Source of the DNA: Gammaproteobacteria bacterium
GTDB taxonomy: Bacteria > Pseudomonadota > Gammaproteobacteria > Natronospirales > REEB76
Assembly (NCBI GenBank): GCA_035690065.1
Contig: DASSKW010000095.1
Location: 1-52,680 of the forward strand
DNA length: 52,680 nucleotides
Direction: 5' to 3'
Of this stretch, positions 27,026 through 37,180 are shown piece by piece. Made by a program: the position numbers and the translations under genes. Positions within the stretch are counted from its first letter, which is position 1. Each line of letters opens with the position of its first letter. The notes beneath the pieces were generated by a model that saw only the letters and a list, made by a program, of their open reading frames with translations, was not told the origin of the DNA and searched no databases.

Positions 27026-28536
27026 TTCCTGACGAAGTTCGTGTGGTGCCACCAGCCGCCACCAAGCGCTTGATACAATGCTGCGGTATCGGCAAAGCGC
27101 TCAGCCTCAGCCTGCACCAGAGTCATGCGGGCTTGTTGGTAAGACTGTTCGGCATTGAACAATTGCAATGGATCCGCATAACCGTCCTGGGCCTGAATCT
27201 GCGTAAGATCCAACGTCTGTTTAGCGGCCTGCTCCGCCGATGCAGCCGCTTGCAACTCCCTGGCATCCTGCTCGATCGCGGTCAGGGTATCGGCAACATT
27301 CTGGAAAGCCATTAGCACCGTACTGCGGTATTGTTCGGCCGCTTCGACATAGGCGGCCTTCGCAGCGCGTTCCTGATGCAGCAGCGTCCCGCCCTCAAAG
27401 ATCGGTTGGGTGATGGCCACGGCCAGGCCCCAGAAACCGGTACCTGAATCGAATATCTTCGAGATCGCCGTCGCGGTACTGCCCGCATCGGCGGTCAATT
27501 CGATATTCGGGAACCGATTCGCCTCGGCGATTCCTATTTGAGCGCTGGCTGCATGCAGGTTCGCCTGCGCCTGCCGCACATCCGGGCGCTGCACCACAAG
27601 TTTCGAGGGCAGACTCAATGGCAAGTCCCCCGGTAACTGCAAGCTCGAAAGTTCGAATGTCTGCGGTGGAGTATCGCCCGGGAATTTGCCCACCAGCACC
27701 GCAAGCAGATGGCGTTGCTGTTCCAGTTGCTTGACCAATGGCGGCAGACTGGCATTGACTTGTGCGAGTTGTGACTCTTGTGCGGCAACATCGATCTGGC
27801 TCGCGTAGCCCTTCTGGTACTGATAGTCCAGCACCTTCAGCATCCTGGTATTGATATCGATGAGTTGATGCGTGGCGTCGACCTGCGCACTCAATGCAGC
27901 CTCCTGGACAGCTGCGACCACCACATTCGATGTCAACGTGGTCCATGCGGCTATCATCTGAAAGCGGGCGGCTTGTTCCTGCGCTTGCAGCGATTCAACC
28001 GTGCGCCGATTCACGCCGAACAGATCAGGCGCATACGAAATGCTGAGTTGCGGCGTAAACAGGTTGTATTGAAACGCCCCCGAAGTCAGGGCCGATCCGA
28101 GCGTCGTCGGCTGCCGTTGGCGGCTGGCGGAAAAGCTCGCTGCGACATTTGGAGAATATGTACCGCGTTGTGCCAGCACATCCTCGTCCGCTACGGTCAA
28201 CGCTGCTTGCGCGGCCTTGAGATCATGATTGTTATCCAGCGACTGCCGGATCAGTGCATCGAGCGGTTTGGAATGGAACAGCGTCCACCAGTCGCCGGGG
28301 ATATCACCTCCCTCGCTGAAATGCTGGGCTGTCCCGCCGGGGACGCCCGGGGTGACGGCAACGCTCTTGATCGGATGCGCCGTGTAACCACTGGTCTTTG
28401 GCGCGCTGGGCGGCTTGAAATCCGGACCCACCGCACAGCCAGCCAGCAGCAACGAAGCCAGCCCTGCCAACAAGAGTGACGACGAGAGCCGCGATAATTG
28501 AACTTCGTCGGCGCGATTCATACGCAGTATGTTCAT
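27022..28536 (-). CDS. RND efflux outer-membrane factor lipoprotein (NodT family, CzcC-like)
   Basis: 504-aa ORF. The lipobox LLLAGCAVGPDFKPP is the canonical NodT-family N-terminus. The body shows a duplicated TolC-like repeat architecture. Confidence 0.85.
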   Translation of the reverse strand: MNILRMNRADEVQLSRLSSSLLLAGLASLLLAGCAVGPDFKPPSAPKTSGYTAHPIKSVAVTPGVPGGTAQHFSEGGDIPGDWWTLFHSKPLDALIRQSLDNNHDLKAAQAALTVADEDVLAQRGTYSPNVAASFSASRQRQPTTLGSALTSGAFQYNLFTPQLSISYAPDLFGVNRRTVESLQAQEQAARFQMIAAWTTLTSNVVVAAVQEAALSAQVDATHQLIDINTRMLKVLDYQYQKGYASQIDVAAQESQLAQVNASLPPLVKQLEQQRHLLAVLVGKFPGDTPPQTFELSSLQLPGDLPLSLPSKLVVQRPDVRQAQANLHAASAQIGIAEANRFPNIELTADAGSTATAISKIFDSGTGFWGLAVAITQPIFEGGTLLHQERAAKAAYVEAAEQYRSTVLMAFQNVADTLTAIEQDARELQAAASAEQAAKQTLDLTQIQAQDGYADPLQLFNAEQSYQQARMTLVQAEAERFADTAALYQALGGGWWHHTNFVRK

Positions 28537-28725
28537 GGCCGTTTCAAGTCCGGCCAGGTAGAACCATGTTCAGGTTCCGGATACTGCAGTCACCGCAACC
28601 GGAAGCACCGCCATCCCACGCTACGACATTGGCAGACGGACGCATTGTTGATCCACTCATCGTGGACCACGCGGCCAATAATTCAGAGCACATGTGCAAG
28701 ACTCCGTTAAATTCCCAGCAACATG

Positions 28726-28748
28726 CGCATCAGCCATGGGCTGATGCG
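28726..28748 (-). promoter_or_regulatory. 10-bp-stem perfect hairpin or palindrome between the CzcI-like gene and the RND operon
   Basis: cgcatcagcc atg ggctgatgcg. It lies 10 nt downstream of the 28759 stop. No clear U-tract follows on the minus strand. Confidence 0.3.
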
Positions 28749-28758
28749 ACATCAGTTA

Positions 28759-29088
28759 TCAAACGCAGGGATTAAACGGAGGGGCGCGACTAAAGTGGGT
28801 ACGTGGGAAGACAGGGACATGAAATTCGACCGGGATCGATATCAGATATGCGTAGTGTGTGTGAACCAGTGGCGGCAATATCGCCACCCCCGGCACACCG
28901 AATGCATGGCCTGCCAGAACACAGTACTGACAGAGATTATCCTGGGAACCGATCGGGTGACTATCCTGATGTGCGGGGAATCCTGTCTGCACCATCAGCA
29001 CCACCATGGCCAGCGCCATGAACAAGCGACGCCATCGCATATCGCGCAAAGCGTACCGGTAGCGGTGCAATAGTGTCCGGTTCATCAT
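28759..29088 (-). CDS. small CzcI/DUF2946-like protein (Cys-x-x-Cys, N-terminal TM or signal segment)
   Basis: About 109 aa counted from ATG 29088. It contains RRLFMALAMVVLMVQTGF followed by HQDSHPIGSQDNLCQYCVLAGHAF. It starts 2 nt after the lptE stop. Confidence 0.5.
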   Translation of the reverse strand: MMNRTLLHRYRYALRDMRWRRLFMALAMVVLMVQTGFPAHQDSHPIGSQDNLCQYCVLAGHAFGVPGVAILPPLVHTHYAYLISIPVEFHVPVFPRTHFSRAPPFNPCV

Positions 29089-29090
29089 TC

Positions 29091-29615
29091 TCAATGACTC
29101 GGAGTCGGGCCAGCAGGACGATTAAGGGCTTCAACCCGGAACAGGATCAACTGCGCCATATCACGTTGCAGCGCAGCATATAACTCATTAGCCTGTTCGG
29201 TATCACCCAACACTTGGGCTTCATTGTAAGCGAAATTACGGGTAAGGGTGAGAGTCTGTGGTTTTATCAGAATGCCGTTGGGCGTGCTGAGCGAGAATTC
29301 CACCTGATAGGCGACTTCTTTCTCTACTGGACGACCCAGGTAATTCACCGACAGCACGCGTCTGAACCGCTGCGCTCTCAGTATCAAAAGAGTGGCGGTA
29401 GCTTTGGCCGGATCGGTAACCACGGATACGGTCGCGGTAGACAGGTTACGCCGCAGCTCTCGCTCCAGGTCATTGTTACCACCCGGGATGACAAGATAAG
29501 TTCGCTGCATCACCGGTGGCAGGTTGTCATTATTGCGTAAATGGAACCCACAACCAGCCAGCCCCGCAACAAGAAGCGCGCTCAAACACCAGACGGCAAT
29601 TGGGCGAATACGCAC
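29091..29615 (-). CDS. lptE: LPS-assembly lipoprotein LptE
   Basis: GTG 29615 overlaps the leuS TAG (TAGTG) and gives [27 protein letters not shown], the lipobox plus GFHLR that characterise LptE. It sits immediately downstream of leuS. Confidence 0.8.
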   Translation of the reverse strand: MRIRPIAVWCLSALLVAGLAGCGFHLRNNDNLPPVMQRTYLVIPGGNNDLERELRRNLSTATVSVVTDPAKATATLLILRAQRFRRVLSVNYLGRPVEKEVAYQVEFSLSTPNGILIKPQTLTLTRNFAYNEAQVLGDTEQANELYAALQRDMAQLILFRVEALNRPAGPTPSH

Positions 29616-32239
29616 TAGATCACCAGATTTACCAGTTTTCCGGGCACCACGATTACCTTGCGCACTGTCTTGCCTTCGACGAAGCGTTGCACATTTGGTT
29701 CCGCAAGTGCGGCCTGTTCGATACTCTTCCGGTCCGCTTGCGCCGGTACCGCTACCCGGCCGCGCAACTTGCCGTTCACTTGTATCACGATCTCGATGCT
29801 GTCCCGCACCAGCGCCGACGGGTCCGGCTGTGGCCAGGCAGCTGTTACCACGCTCCCTTCCCGGCCGAGCCTCTGCCACAGCACTTCACAGGTATGCGGC
29901 GCCATGGGTGTCAGCAGCAAGCTGATGGCTTCGAATGCTTCCTGCATCACCGCGCGGCCCTGCGGACTCCGATCGTCGCTGCGGGTGAGCGCGTTCAGCA
30001 ATTCCATGATCGCGGCAACTGCCGTATTGAAGGTGTACCGCCGGCCGATATCATCGCCGACTTTCGCAATCGTCGCGTGTATCTGGCGCCGCAGTTCACG
30101 CTGCTCATCACTCAGTGACGCGGTTTCAAGTCTGGGTACTGAGCCGCCATTCACGTGATCTGACGCTGCTTTCCACAAGCGCTTCAGAAAGCGGTGCGCA
30201 CCCTCGACACCGGCCTCGGACCATTCCAGCGTCTGTTCCGGTGGGACTGCGAACATCATGAACAGGCGGACTGTATCGGCACCGTATTTATCCACCAGTG
30301 CCTGCGGATCGACTCCGTTGGCCTTCGACTTGGACATGGTCCCCATACCGCCATATTCAACAGCCTTGCCGTCGGCCTTGAGGGTAGCGCCTGTAATATG
30401 GCCTTGTTCATCCTGGAGCGGTGTCACGTCGTCGGGGCTGTAATAAGCGATACCACCCGCGCTACCCTTCCTGAAATAGATGTGGTTCAGCACCATGCCC
30501 TGAGTCAACAGCCTGGTGAACGGCTCCTCGAACTTCACCAGCCCCATGTCGTACATGACCCGGGTCCAGAACCGTGAATACAAAAGATGCAGGATCGCAT
30601 GTTCGATACCGCCGATGTACTGATCCACCGGCAACCAGTGATTGACACGCTCGTCCACCATGGCTTGATCGTTGTCCGCACAGGCATAACGCATGTAATA
30701 CCAGGAGGAATCCACGAAGGTATCCATGGTATCCGTCTCACGCTTCGCCGACCCGCCGCATTTCGGGCACACACAGTTCACGAATGAATCGCACTTGGCG
30801 AGCGGATTACCGCTGCCATCCGGCGCAAGATCTTCCGGTAACACCACCGGCAGATCCTTGTCTGGCACCGGTACATCGCCACACTTCGGGCAATGGATGA
30901 TCGGGATCGGACAACCCCAGTAGCGCTGCCGCGAAATGCCCCAATCTCGCAGACGGAACACCGTGCGTTTCTCGCCCATTGCACGTTTATTCAAATCATT
31001 CGCGATGGCATCGATCGCTTCTTCAGTCGTCATGCCATCGTATCCGCCTGAATTCACGATGATGCCGTGCTCGGTGAGAGCCGTTGACATGGTTGTCACG
31101 ACCGGAGCGTCTCCGTCCCGTGGTTTGACGACCACTTTTAATGGCAACCCGTGTTTGCGTGCAAACTCGAAATCGCGCTGATCGTGGGCCGGTACCGCCA
31201 TCACTGCGCCTTCGCCGTAACTCATCAATACATAATTCGCCACCCACACCGGCAATAACTCATCAGTCAAGGGATGGCGCACGAATTGGCCGGTGGCCAT
31301 GCCCTTCTTTTCCTGGGTTGCCAACTCGGCTTCCGTAACACCGCCCTGCTTGCATTCCTCGATGAACGCGGCCAGCTCCGGGTGGTTGGCAGTTGCCGCT
31401 TCGGCAAGTGGATGCTCGGCTGCTACGGCAACATAGGTCGCACCCAACAGGGTATCTGCACGCGTGGTGAATACCTTCAGTACGCCCGCTTTGCCGATGC
31501 TCCGCTGATCGTATGGGAAATGGATCTCAACGCCTTCGCTCTTGCCGATCCAGTTGGCCTGCATGATCTTGACCCGTTCCGGCCAGCCCGGCAGCTCATC
31601 AAGTGCCTGGAGCAAACGGTCCGCGTATTTTGTTATCCCCAAGTAGTACATGGGGATCTCGCGTTTCTCCACCAACGCACCGGTGCGCCAACCGCGGCCA
31701 TCTATGACCTGCTCGTTAGCCAACACGGTCTGATCCACCGGGTCCCAATTCACCGTACCGGTCTTCTGATAGGCGATACCTTTTTCAAGCATGCGCAGGA
31801 ACAACCACTGGTTCCATCTGTAATACTTCGGGTCGCAGGTCGCAATCTCGCGTGACCAGTCGATCGCGAAGCCCAGTGATTTGAGTTGCTTGCGCATGTA
31901 ATCGATATTGTCGTAAGTCCATCTTGCAGGCGGCATACCGTTCCTGATCGCTGCATTCTCGGCCGGCAGACCGAATGCATCCCAACCCATCGGCTGCAAC
32001 ACCTCACGGCCATTCATGCGCTGATAGCGCGTGATGACATCGCCGATCGTATAGTTCCGGACATGCCCCATATGCAAGCGGCCGCTGGGATAGGGCAACA
32101 TGCACAAGCAATAGTATTTTGGAAATGAAGCCGGAACCGCAGCAGCCGAAACTCCAGCAGAATCCCAGGATATCTGGGCGGTATGCACGATCCTCTTTGG
32201 ATCGAATTCCATCATCTCGTTCTGGTCAGATTCAGGCAT
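29615..32239 (-). CDS. leuS: leucine--tRNA ligase
   Basis: The ORF-track 923-aa frame was trimmed to ATG 32239 ([17 protein letters not shown]...). It contains [21 protein letters not shown] (HIGH) and [10 protein letters not shown] (KMSKS). Confidence 0.96.
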   Translation of the reverse strand: MPESDQNEMMEFDPKRIVHTAQISWDSAGVSAAAVPASFPKYYCLCMLPYPSGRLHMGHVRNYTIGDVITRYQRMNGREVLQPMGWDAFGLPAENAAIRNGMPPARWTYDNIDYMRKQLKSLGFAIDWSREIATCDPKYYRWNQWLFLRMLEKGIAYQKTGTVNWDPVDQTVLANEQVIDGRGWRTGALVEKREIPMYYLGITKYADRLLQALDELPGWPERVKIMQANWIGKSEGVEIHFPYDQRSIGKAGVLKVFTTRADTLLGATYVAVAAEHPLAEAATANHPELAAFIEECKQGGVTEAELATQEKKGMATGQFVRHPLTDELLPVWVANYVLMSYGEGAVMAVPAHDQRDFEFARKHGLPLKVVVKPRDGDAPVVTTMSTALTEHGIIVNSGGYDGMTTEEAIDAIANDLNKRAMGEKRTVFRLRDWGISRQRYWGCPIPIIHCPKCGDVPVPDKDLPVVLPEDLAPDGSGNPLAKCDSFVNCVCPKCGGSAKRETDTMDTFVDSSWYYMRYACADNDQAMVDERVNHWLPVDQYIGGIEHAILHLLYSRFWTRVMYDMGLVKFEEPFTRLLTQGMVLNHIYFRKGSAGGIAYYSPDDVTPLQDEQGHITGATLKADGKAVEYGGMGTMSKSKANGVDPQALVDKYGADTVRLFMMFAVPPEQTLEWSEAGVEGAHRFLKRLWKAASDHVNGGSVPRLETASLSDEQRELRRQIHATIAKVGDDIGRRYTFNTAVAAIMELLNALTRSDDRSPQGRAVMQEAFEAISLLLTPMAPHTCEVLWQRLGREGSVVTAAWPQPDPSALVRDSIEIVIQVNGKLRGRVAVPAQADRKSIEQAALAEPNVQRFVEGKTVRKVIVVPGKLVNLVI

Positions 32240-33984
32240 CACTTGATCTCTATGTCTTTCTTTCTGAAGATAATCGCCATCAACATGGCGGAAAATGTTA
32301 CATACCAGCTCATTACAATAGAGTGCGTAAACATGGTCTCGGTCAAACCAAAGATCAATAACCCGGCAATCATCACAACTCCACAAAATCCCGCGGACCT
32401 GACCTTGTCATCGTCAGACCAGAGAGCTCTGTAAAAGAGCAAGAATGGATATCCCATGACAAGCAAATAGGAAATCAGTCCCAGTAGCCCCTGACTGGAT
32501 AGTGCATTCAGATAATCGTTATGAGGATGATCGTAACCAATGACTGAGGGGGAAATATCACCTGTACGAGCCAATTTACCTACTTCCGCCATGAATGAGC
32601 CGGTACCCGCGCCAAACAGCGGATGTTGCTTGAATATATGCCAGGCCGCTCTCCACATTTCGAGACGTTGTCCGGCAGAGCCATTTGCAAATGGGAACAC
32701 GTATTCGCCCGGGGTATTTTGTACAGGAGCAAAATATATTGTTCCGTTAGCAGGCACCCAGAAATACGCCCATGCCGGTTCTTTTACTTCCTGGGCATAG
32801 TCAACGATGCTGTATTGCTCATTATCGAATTTATCCCAATGTCGTTTCCCCCGGCGCGAGATCGATATCTTGCCACTCCCTCGAATAACAAATCTTATTT
32901 TCTGTAGTCCATCCGGAATAACCGAGCTACGCTTGACGAATACAGTGACTCTATTTCCTGTATCCAGGTTCGTCAATTTAATCATATTCCCATGTTCGCA
33001 AAATTTACTCAATCCCGACCTGGCAAGACCATCATCATCTTTGACGACGGACACACTGATACTCTTGGAATAGTTGTATTTTACAATCTCGCGAGCAAGA
33101 GCTTCAGAGAATAACTTTCTATCCATGCATCCAGCATGGTCCATGTTAATCAATTTCATATAATCAACATAGTTCTCGATATTTTGTACAGCTCCATCTG
33201 TACGATCGAGAATGATGGTTCTCGGCACCAGGAGGAACGCAAGTACTGCGAAAACCATACACATTAAAAAGACTTTTATACCGCGTTTTCCGGAACGTCT
33301 GGACAATATGATTGCTGTGACAAATAACAGCACGGGCATCGCAAGCCAACCGCCGCGCGTCTCAGACAATACGCTCGCTATCATCCCTGCCGAGAGAGCT
33401 GCTCCAGCGACAAGAAAACGCCAGATCGCCCGCGAACCCGCCGTGAACTGCAACCATGCGATCGCCATAAAAGCCATCGCCATCGAAAAATCACCGAAGG
33501 GAATGATCTCGACCACACCCCCAGCCCGGACGTAGCCCTTCGCATGCATAAATTGCCACAATGCGACGCTCAGGATAACGAATGGCGCCAAAACCAGCCC
33601 GATGAAGAGGAGACGGGGCTTCGTCAGATAACGCCGGCAGGCTATGAAAGCAGGCACAAAGAATATCAGGCGCAAGTTGCGCCCCAGTAATTTGAATCCG
33701 GTATCTGTCTTGTCGCCTATCAGATAACACAATACTATGGCTGCGTACCAACCCAGAAAGACCCAGATCAACAGGATTTCCTGTTTATTGAGTCCGATAT
33801 CCCTGACACCCCATCTGAAGATTGCATACACACCGATAATTCCAAGCAGAAACAAGACGAGAGAATCTGCTCGATTCACGGTCAGGACCGTAATCGGAAA
33901 AATCATCGCGCACGCACAAACGAGCCACTGCAATCCCGGTTCTGCATCAAACCGACGCAATATCGAAATATCTACGCCTCGCAT
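32239..33984 (-). CDS. O-antigen ligase / Wzy_C-domain polytopic membrane protein with an enlarged periplasmic loop
   Basis: About 581 aa from ATG 33984, with multiple TM helices. It contains [14 protein letters not shown] and the C-terminal GAGTGSF...[21 protein letters not shown] motif of the WaaL/PglL/Wzy_C family. A soluble insert of roughly 200 aa lies between them. The DNA is AT-rich. Confidence 0.75.
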   Translation of the reverse strand: MRGVDISILRRFDAEPGLQWLVCACAMIFPITVLTVNRADSLVLFLLGIIGVYAIFRWGVRDIGLNKQEILLIWVFLGWYAAIVLCYLIGDKTDTGFKLLGRNLRLIFFVPAFIACRRYLTKPRLLFIGLVLAPFVILSVALWQFMHAKGYVRAGGVVEIIPFGDFSMAMAFMAIAWLQFTAGSRAIWRFLVAGAALSAGMIASVLSETRGGWLAMPVLLFVTAIILSRRSGKRGIKVFLMCMVFAVLAFLLVPRTIILDRTDGAVQNIENYVDYMKLINMDHAGCMDRKLFSEALAREIVKYNYSKSISVSVVKDDDGLARSGLSKFCEHGNMIKLTNLDTGNRVTVFVKRSSVIPDGLQKIRFVIRGSGKISISRRGKRHWDKFDNEQYSIVDYAQEVKEPAWAYFWVPANGTIYFAPVQNTPGEYVFPFANGSAGQRLEMWRAAWHIFKQHPLFGAGTGSFMAEVGKLARTGDISPSVIGYDHPHNDYLNALSSQGLLGLISYLLVMGYPFLLFYRALWSDDDKVRSAGFCGVVMIAGLLIFGLTETMFTHSIVMSWYVTFSAMLMAIIFRKKDIEIK

Positions 33985-33985
33985 T

Positions 33986-35566
33986 TCATTTCCTTTTGAA
34001 GATATACCGGTGAGGCACAGCAATGCAAAGCAATAACAAGAGCAGCAAAGACATCACGATCCAGATTCCAGTCCGGGCATAAAGCGTGCTGCCTGCATAA
34101 GGAACGACCTCATCGGTCAACACTCCCGCTTGATCCATCGGAATCCGGCTTGTCACCCGGCCCGACGGGTCAATGATAGCTGTTATCCCGGTGTTGGTAT
34201 CGCGCAGCAGGTAGCGCCCGGCTTCCAGCGCCCGCATCCGCGCGATCTCGAGATGCTGTGGTAGCGCGATGGAATCCCCGAACCAACCATCGTTGCTGAC
34301 ATTCACCAGCAACGCCGCCTGCGGCAGGGCGCGCATTATCTCATCACTGAACGCATCCTCGTAACAGATCGAGATTCCCACGGGATAACCCGCCACCCGC
34401 AGTAACGGCTGATCGCCGGCCCCGGGGGTAAAATCCGAATACGGCAGATCCATCAGCTCCAGCCACCGGCGCACCCACTCGGGCACCGGGAAAAACTCCC
34501 CAAACGGTACCAGGTGACGTTTGTTATAGACTCCATCGTGGCGACCCAGACTGATCACACTGTTGTAGTACTGTCCGCCGGCCACATCTTCGGTAGGTAC
34601 GCCAATCAGCATATCGGTGCCGTGCAGGCGTGCCGCCTGTTCCAGCGGATCCAGATAGCTTTCTTTTACGTCGTCGTAATAATCGGGCACCGCCGCTTCC
34701 GGCCAGATGATGAGTTGGCTGGTCCAATGTTCCTCGGTCAGGCGACGATACAGTTGCATGGTCGGTTCGAACGTCTCGGGCGCCCATTTGGTAGTCTGTG
34801 GAATATCCCCCTGCACCATGCTCACTGTGATCGCCGGGCCCGCGGGCTGCGTCCATTGCAGGGTTGCCAGAACTCCGCCAAGCCCCCAGATGGCCACGAG
34901 GACTCCGAGACTCACCAGTCGCGGCGTGATACGCAAGCATCGTGAACCGACACACAACAACAACCCTGCGCTAAACACCGTGACCAGAGTCACACCGAAT
35001 ACACCCATGATCGGCGCATAGCCACGTAAAGCGCTGTCGATCTGGCTGTAGCCGAGACTCAACCACGGAAAGCCACTCAGGAACCAACTCCGCACCCATT
35101 CGAGCAGGGTCCACAGTGCCGGGAACGCGCATAACCAGCGCACGGCTCCCGAACCCGGTGTCAGCCACACGGCGAGCGCGCAAGTGATTGCCAGATAGAG
35201 ACCCATCACCGCCGCCAACCCGACCAGCATCAACAGTGCAACCCAAATCGGGGCATCGGCCACCACGTGGATACTGTTATAGATCCAGTAGACGCCGAAC
35301 AGAAACTCCGCGAAACCAAACAGGAAACCGCGCCATGCCGATCGACGCAGGTTGACGCCCCCGACCAGCCAGAACAGACAGGCCGGCATCAATATCGCAA
35401 GTGGATAACAATCGAAGGGTGCAAACGCCAGCACCAGCAGCAAGCCGCAGCCAGCAGCAACGAGATCACCCCGGCTGTCGGCATGCAACCAGGCGGCAAC
35501 CAGACGAAGCCGGCCCGTGAATCCGCGTATCCTTCTATTAAGCAGTATCAGTCGTGCGGTGATCAT
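33986..35566 (-). CDS. lnt: apolipoprotein N-acyltransferase
   Basis: 526-aa ORF with an N-terminal polytopic part (LLVLAFAPFDCYPLAIL) and a C-terminal C-N hydrolase domain (IWPEAAVP, ISICYEDAF). It lies downstream of corC. Confidence 0.92.
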   Translation of the reverse strand: MITARLILLNRRIRGFTGRLRLVAAWLHADSRGDLVAAGCGLLLVLAFAPFDCYPLAILMPACLFWLVGGVNLRRSAWRGFLFGFAEFLFGVYWIYNSIHVVADAPIWVALLMLVGLAAVMGLYLAITCALAVWLTPGSGAVRWLCAFPALWTLLEWVRSWFLSGFPWLSLGYSQIDSALRGYAPIMGVFGVTLVTVFSAGLLLCVGSRCLRITPRLVSLGVLVAIWGLGGVLATLQWTQPAGPAITVSMVQGDIPQTTKWAPETFEPTMQLYRRLTEEHWTSQLIIWPEAAVPDYYDDVKESYLDPLEQAARLHGTDMLIGVPTEDVAGGQYYNSVISLGRHDGVYNKRHLVPFGEFFPVPEWVRRWLELMDLPYSDFTPGAGDQPLLRVAGYPVGISICYEDAFSDEIMRALPQAALLVNVSNDGWFGDSIALPQHLEIARMRALEAGRYLLRDTNTGITAIIDPSGRVTSRIPMDQAGVLTDEVVPYAGSTLYARTGIWIVMSLLLLLLLCIAVPHRYIFKRK

Positions 35567-36444
35567 GCCGGCTTGTTGTCGCCGGCCGGAGCAGGAATCG
35601 ATTTCCGCACCATCTCCAGCAGATGCACGCGTCGACTGTCGGCGCGGATCACCTTGAAGCGTAAACCGTTGACCTCGACTTTCTCGCCGCGCTTCGGCAT
35701 GTGGCCGAATGCATGCGTTACCAGTCCACCCACGGTATCGAATTCCTCATCGCTGAATGCAAGCCCGAAGTATTCGTTGAAATCCTCGATCGGAGTCAGC
35801 GCCTTCACCGTGTAACGTGCATCGGTATGCTTGAGGATGCTGGCTTCGTCCTCGACATCGTATTCGTCATCGATCTCGCCGACGATCTGTTCCAGCACAT
35901 CTTCGATAGTTATCAGCCCGGCCACGCCACCGTATTCATCCGCCACGATCGCCATGTGATTACGGCTGTCGCGGAAATTCTTGAGCAGCACATTGAGACG
36001 CATGCTCTCCGGCACATACGGTGCCGGCCGCAGGTATTCGCGGATATTGAACTGGGTATCTGGATTGCCAACGTAGTGCGCCAGCAGATCCTTGGCCAGC
36101 ACGATGCCGATGAGCTCGTCGCGACTATCGCCTACCACCGGAAAGCGGGAATGCCCGGATTCCACCACCACACCCGTGACTTCCCGCAAGGAGGCGTCCT
36201 TTTCCAGCACCACCATCTGCGCCCGCGGGATCATGATGTCGCGGGCCTGCATATCGGCGACCTGCAACACCCCCTCAATCATGGCCTGGGCATCGGCATC
36301 GAACAGGTTACGGCTCTGGGCGTCCCGCAGCAGCTCCAGCAGCTCCTCCCGATCACGGGGTTCGCCGGAGAGCGCCTGTCCGAGGCGCTCGAACCAGGCT
36401 CTCAGACCGGAGCCGTTACTACTGGGAGAGGGGTCGTTGTCCAT
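35563..36444 (-). CDS. corC: CBS-pair / CorC_HlyC domain protein CorC (YbeX)
   Basis: 293-aa ORF containing EGVLQVADMQARDIMIPRAQM and IVADEYGGVAGLITIEDVLEQIVGEI. Confidence 0.92.
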   Translation of the reverse strand: MDNDPSPSSNGSGLRAWFERLGQALSGEPRDREELLELLRDAQSRNLFDADAQAMIEGVLQVADMQARDIMIPRAQMVVLEKDASLREVTGVVVESGHSRFPVVGDSRDELIGIVLAKDLLAHYVGNPDTQFNIREYLRPAPYVPESMRLNVLLKNFRDSRNHMAIVADEYGGVAGLITIEDVLEQIVGEIDDEYDVEDEASILKHTDARYTVKALTPIEDFNEYFGLAFSDEEFDTVGGLVTHAFGHMPKRGEKVEVNGLRFKVIRADSRRVHLLEMVRKSIPAPAGDNKPA

Positions 36445-36513
36445 CGGTTCCAGGGATATCCAGCAAAAACAGGCCGTCAGTGTATCGGTTAAGGCGACCG
36501 GAGAAAACGCGTT

Positions 36514-36975
36514 TTACCGTTCCTGATAGGGATCAGGGTACCCCAACCCTGCAAGGATGCCGGTTTCCCGGGCTTCCATCCGCTCCGCGTCGGCTTCGAG
36601 CACATGATCGAAACCCAACAGATGCAGGGTGCCATGCACCACCAGATGGGCCCAATGCGCTTCCAGCCGCTTGCCCTGTTCTGCGGCTTCACGTGCTACC
36701 ACCGGCGCGCAGATCACCAGATCGCCCAGCAGGGCCGATTTGATCTCCGACGGCAGTTCGGCAGGAAACGACAACACATTGGTCGCGTAATCCTTGTGGC
36801 GCCAGGCCCGGTTGAGTGCAGCCCCCTCCTCCTCGTCCACGATCCGGATGCTGACTTCTGCAGCTTCAGCACGGTCGGTCAAAGCGGCAGCCACCCAACG
36901 CTTGAGTTGCGCCTGGGTCGGGACTTTGGATGCTGGCGTCGCATTTTGCAGCGACACTCGCACTTGAGAACTCAT
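36514..36975 (-). CDS. ybeY: rRNA maturation endoribonuclease YbeY
   Basis: 153-aa ORF containing the [15 protein letters not shown] zinc-binding motif. Confidence 0.93.
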   Translation of the reverse strand: MSSQVRVSLQNATPASKVPTQAQLKRWVAAALTDRAEAAEVSIRIVDEEEGAALNRAWRHKDYATNVLSFPAELPSEIKSALLGDLVICAPVVAREAAEQGKRLEAHWAHLVVHGTLHLLGFDHVLEADAERMEARETGILAGLGYPDPYQER

Positions 36976-36992
36976 ATCTGCCTCATCCCAGT

Positions 36993-37180
36993 CACGGCGA
37001 ACATCGTTACTCCCGCCGAGACCTTTGTTTGCGCAACATTGAGCAAACCGGCGGGACTCCTGTTGTTGGTGGAAGCGCCCCTGCTGTTGGTGGGAGCGGT
37101 CGTCTCGACCGCGATTCTAATTCACGTACGCCTGATTCACACGCTTCAATCGCGGCGAACATCGCCGCTTCCACCAACAG
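36993..37180. repeat. cluster of REP elements (same family as 8500-8559) in the ybeZ-ybeY spacer
   Basis: ctgttggtgggagcggtcgtctcgaccgcgatt (37084-37116) faces the inverted copy aatcgcggcgaacatcgccgcttccaccaacag (37148-37180). Degenerate partial copies lie at 36996-37017 and 37064-37076. Confidence 0.6.

Noticed and set aside
32240-32386. 49-codon extension of the leuS ORF (923-aa version)
   Set aside because: It overlaps the 3' end of the Wzy_C gene. ATG 32239 gives a normal-length LeuS with a TGATG junction.
35701-36492. 263-aa plus-strand ORF
   Set aside because: It is antisense to corC, which makes it a shadow ORF.
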